64,000 nt of DNA from Rhodospirillales bacterium (GTDB taxonomy: Bacteria; Pseudomonadota; Alphaproteobacteria; Rhodospirillales; 2-12-FULL-67-15): NCBI GenBank assembly GCA_016872535.1, contig VGZQ01000004.1, forward strand, positions 2,626 to 66,625, given 5' to 3'. Below are positions 62,547 through 64,000 of the stretch, in pieces. The notes beneath the pieces are model-generated. The model ran no database searches. It had not been told where the DNA came from and worked only from the letters and a program-made list of their open reading frames with translations. The number at the start of each line of letters is the position of its first letter. The first letter of the stretch is position 1. A program made the position numbers and the translations under genes.

Positions 62547-64000
62547 TCACGCGCATTTCGAATACGTGCAGCTGGTGCAGACGTCGCAGCCTTCCTGGCG
62601 GATCAGGGCGGCCTCGGCGCACTTGGGGCATTGGCGGAGCCGCGCCGACGGCACTTGGCCCTCGCCGCCGCCGGCCGCGACCTTCGGCAGGCGCGCTTCA
62701 TGCGCCTTGTGCGCGCCTGCCTCGGGCGGGCTGAGGAACCCGATCGCGATCATGTGGTTTTCGATCACCTCGCCGATGGCGGCGAGCAGCGACGGCACGT
62801 AGCGCCCGCCCATCCATTGCCCACCGCGCGGGTCGAACACCGCCTTCAGCTCCTCGATCACGAACGACACGTCGCCGCCGCGGCGGAAGACGGCAGAGAT
62901 CATGCGCGTCAACGCCACCGTCCAGGCGAAATGCTCGACGTTCTTGGAATTGATGAAGATCTCGAACGGCCGGCGGCGGCCGTCCTGGATCACGTCGTTG
63001 ATGGTGATGTACATGGCGTGGTCGGATTCCGGCCAACGTACTTTATAAGTCCCTCCCTGCAACACCTCCGGCCGGTCGAGCGGCTGGGTCATGTAGACGA
63101 TCGCGCCCGAATCGCCCGTGTTCTTCGAAAGGGCGTCCCTCGGCCGCGCCTTGGGCAGCGGCGCACCGAGGGGCAGCTCCGGCTGCGAGTCCTTGGCGGC
63201 GGATTTGGTTTCCAGCACCGCGCCGGTGATCTCGTTCGGCCGATAGGTGGTGCAGCCCTTGCAGCCGAGATCGTAGGCCTGCTGGTAGATGTCCTTGAAG
63301 CCCTCGAACGAGATGTCCTCGGGGCAGTTGATGGTCTTGGAAATCGAACTGTCGACGTGGCGCTGCACCGCCGCCTGCATGACCAGATGGTCGGCGGGCA
63401 ACAACGCCTGGGTGTCGACGAAGTAATCGGGGAGCGGCGCGTCGTCGCCGAACGTGCGGCGGTAGAGGCGATAGGCGTAATCCGACACCTGCTCCTCGCG
63501 CCGGGTGCCGTCGGGCATCAGGACGTGGCGGGTGTAGGCGAAGCTGAACACGGGTTCCAGGCCGGACGACACGTTGTCGGCGAAGAGCGAGATGGTGCCG
63601 GTGGGCGCGACCGAGGTCAGCAACCCGTTGCGGATGCCGTCGCGGGCGATCGCCGCGCGCACGTCGTCGTCGAGCGCCTTGACCGTTTCGGAAGCGAGGA
63701 ACTTCTCCCGATCGAACAGAGGGAACGCGCCCTTTTCGGCGGCCAGCTCCGCCGAGGCGAGATAGGCCGCGCGCTGGACGGTCTTCATCCAGCTTTCGGT
63801 CAGCCGCACCGCCTCGCGCCCGCCGTAGCGCGCGCGGCACATGATGAGCGCGTCGGCCAACCCGGTGATGCCGAGCCCGATCCGGCGCTTGGCCTTGGCC
63901 TCGTGTTCCTGCTGCGGCAGCGGAAAAGCGGACACGTCAATGACGTTGTCGAGAAAGCGCACCGCCGTGCGCGCGAGCCGGTCGAGCGCGGCCGTATCCA
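62547..64000 (-). CDS. nrdJ: adenosylcobalamin-dependent (class II) ribonucleotide reductase, C-terminal part (5' end outside window)
   Basis: The frame stays open past 63962 to the window edge (...LDRLARTAVRFLDNVIDV). Motifs SVAPTGTISL and SKTINCPEDISFEGF, and a C-terminal Cys-rich tail CPKC...CDVCTSC. Confidence 0.9.
   Translation of the reverse strand, partial: DTAALDRLARTAVRFLDNVIDVSAFPLPQQEHEAKAKRRIGLGITGLADALIMCRARYGGREAVRLTESWMKTVQRAAYLASAELAAEKGAFPLFDREKFLASETVKALDDDVRAAIARDGIRNGLLTSVAPTGTISLFADNVSSGLEPVFSFAYTRHVLMPDGTRREEQVSDYAYRLYRRTFGDDAPLPDYFVDTQALLPADHLVMQAAVQRHVDSSISKTINCPEDISFEGFKDIYQQAYDLGCKGCTTYRPNEITGAVLETKSAAKDSQPELPLGAPLPKARPRDALSKNTGDSGAIVYMTQPLDRPEVLQGGTYKVRWPESDHAMYITINDVIQDGRRRPFEIFINSKNVEHFAWTVALTRMISAVFRRGGDVSFVIEELKAVFDPRGGQWMGGRYVPSLLAAIGEVIENHMIAIGFLSPPEAGAHKAHEARLPKVAAGGGEGQVPSARLRQCPKCAEAALIRQEGCDVCTSCTYSKCA

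Overview
High-GC (about two-thirds G+C) chromosomal segment. It looks alphaproteobacterial, judging by phaR-phaA-phaB, metXW, NnrS/NnrR-type denitrification genes and DUF2125. All calls come from reading the ORF translations and the DNA; no database search was run. About 75 protein genes are supportable. I recognised no rRNA, tRNA, CRISPR, transposase or integrase.

Layout:
- 1-8.7 kb: denitrification island. It holds the nirS 3' end, nnrS, a Crp/Fnr regulator and a tightly coupled seven-gene minus-strand operon behind a perfect FNR/Dnr-type box. The operon encodes a heme-copper oxidase homologue that lacks the cross-link Tyr and keeps a CuA subunit II. It also encodes SenC, an unusual cytochrome b / 2x[4Fe-4S] / MvhD-like fusion, an anchored unknown protein and a bacteriohemerythrin. 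This resembles the genetically named but biochemically unexplored sNOR (norSY-senC-orf1) type of NO reductase and is the most interesting system here.
- 8.9-11 kb: ald and a class IV aminotransferase.
- 11.2-14.9 kb: small accessory islet with two parDE modules, a TehA-like channel, an hsdR-N fragment and a phd/doc remnant, punctuated by a shared repeat.
- 14.9-29.6 kb: FAH-PanE fusion, rluA-family gene, SpoU methyltransferase, EnvZ/OmpR-like pair with a divergent Met/Gly-rich periplasmic protein, OmpA, RND pump.
- 29.7-38.4 kb: cspA and a scattered queuosine set (queA, tgt, queF, VUT/YhhQ-like, queG) interrupted by higBA.
- 38.4-46 kb: acyl-CoA dehydrogenase/kinase/DUF6285 operon, a DUF6516 (TumE-like)+HTH pair, and an acyl-CoA synthetase/hydrolase/SDR operon.
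- 46-64 kb: pha genes, transporters, tandem GSTs, metXW, chorismate mutase-hisC-tyrC plus a coupled soluble histidine kinase, and the nrdJ 3' part.

Many long ORFs in the track are high-GC shadow frames and were rejected. Start codons are often ambiguous; alternatives are stated in the feature evidence.
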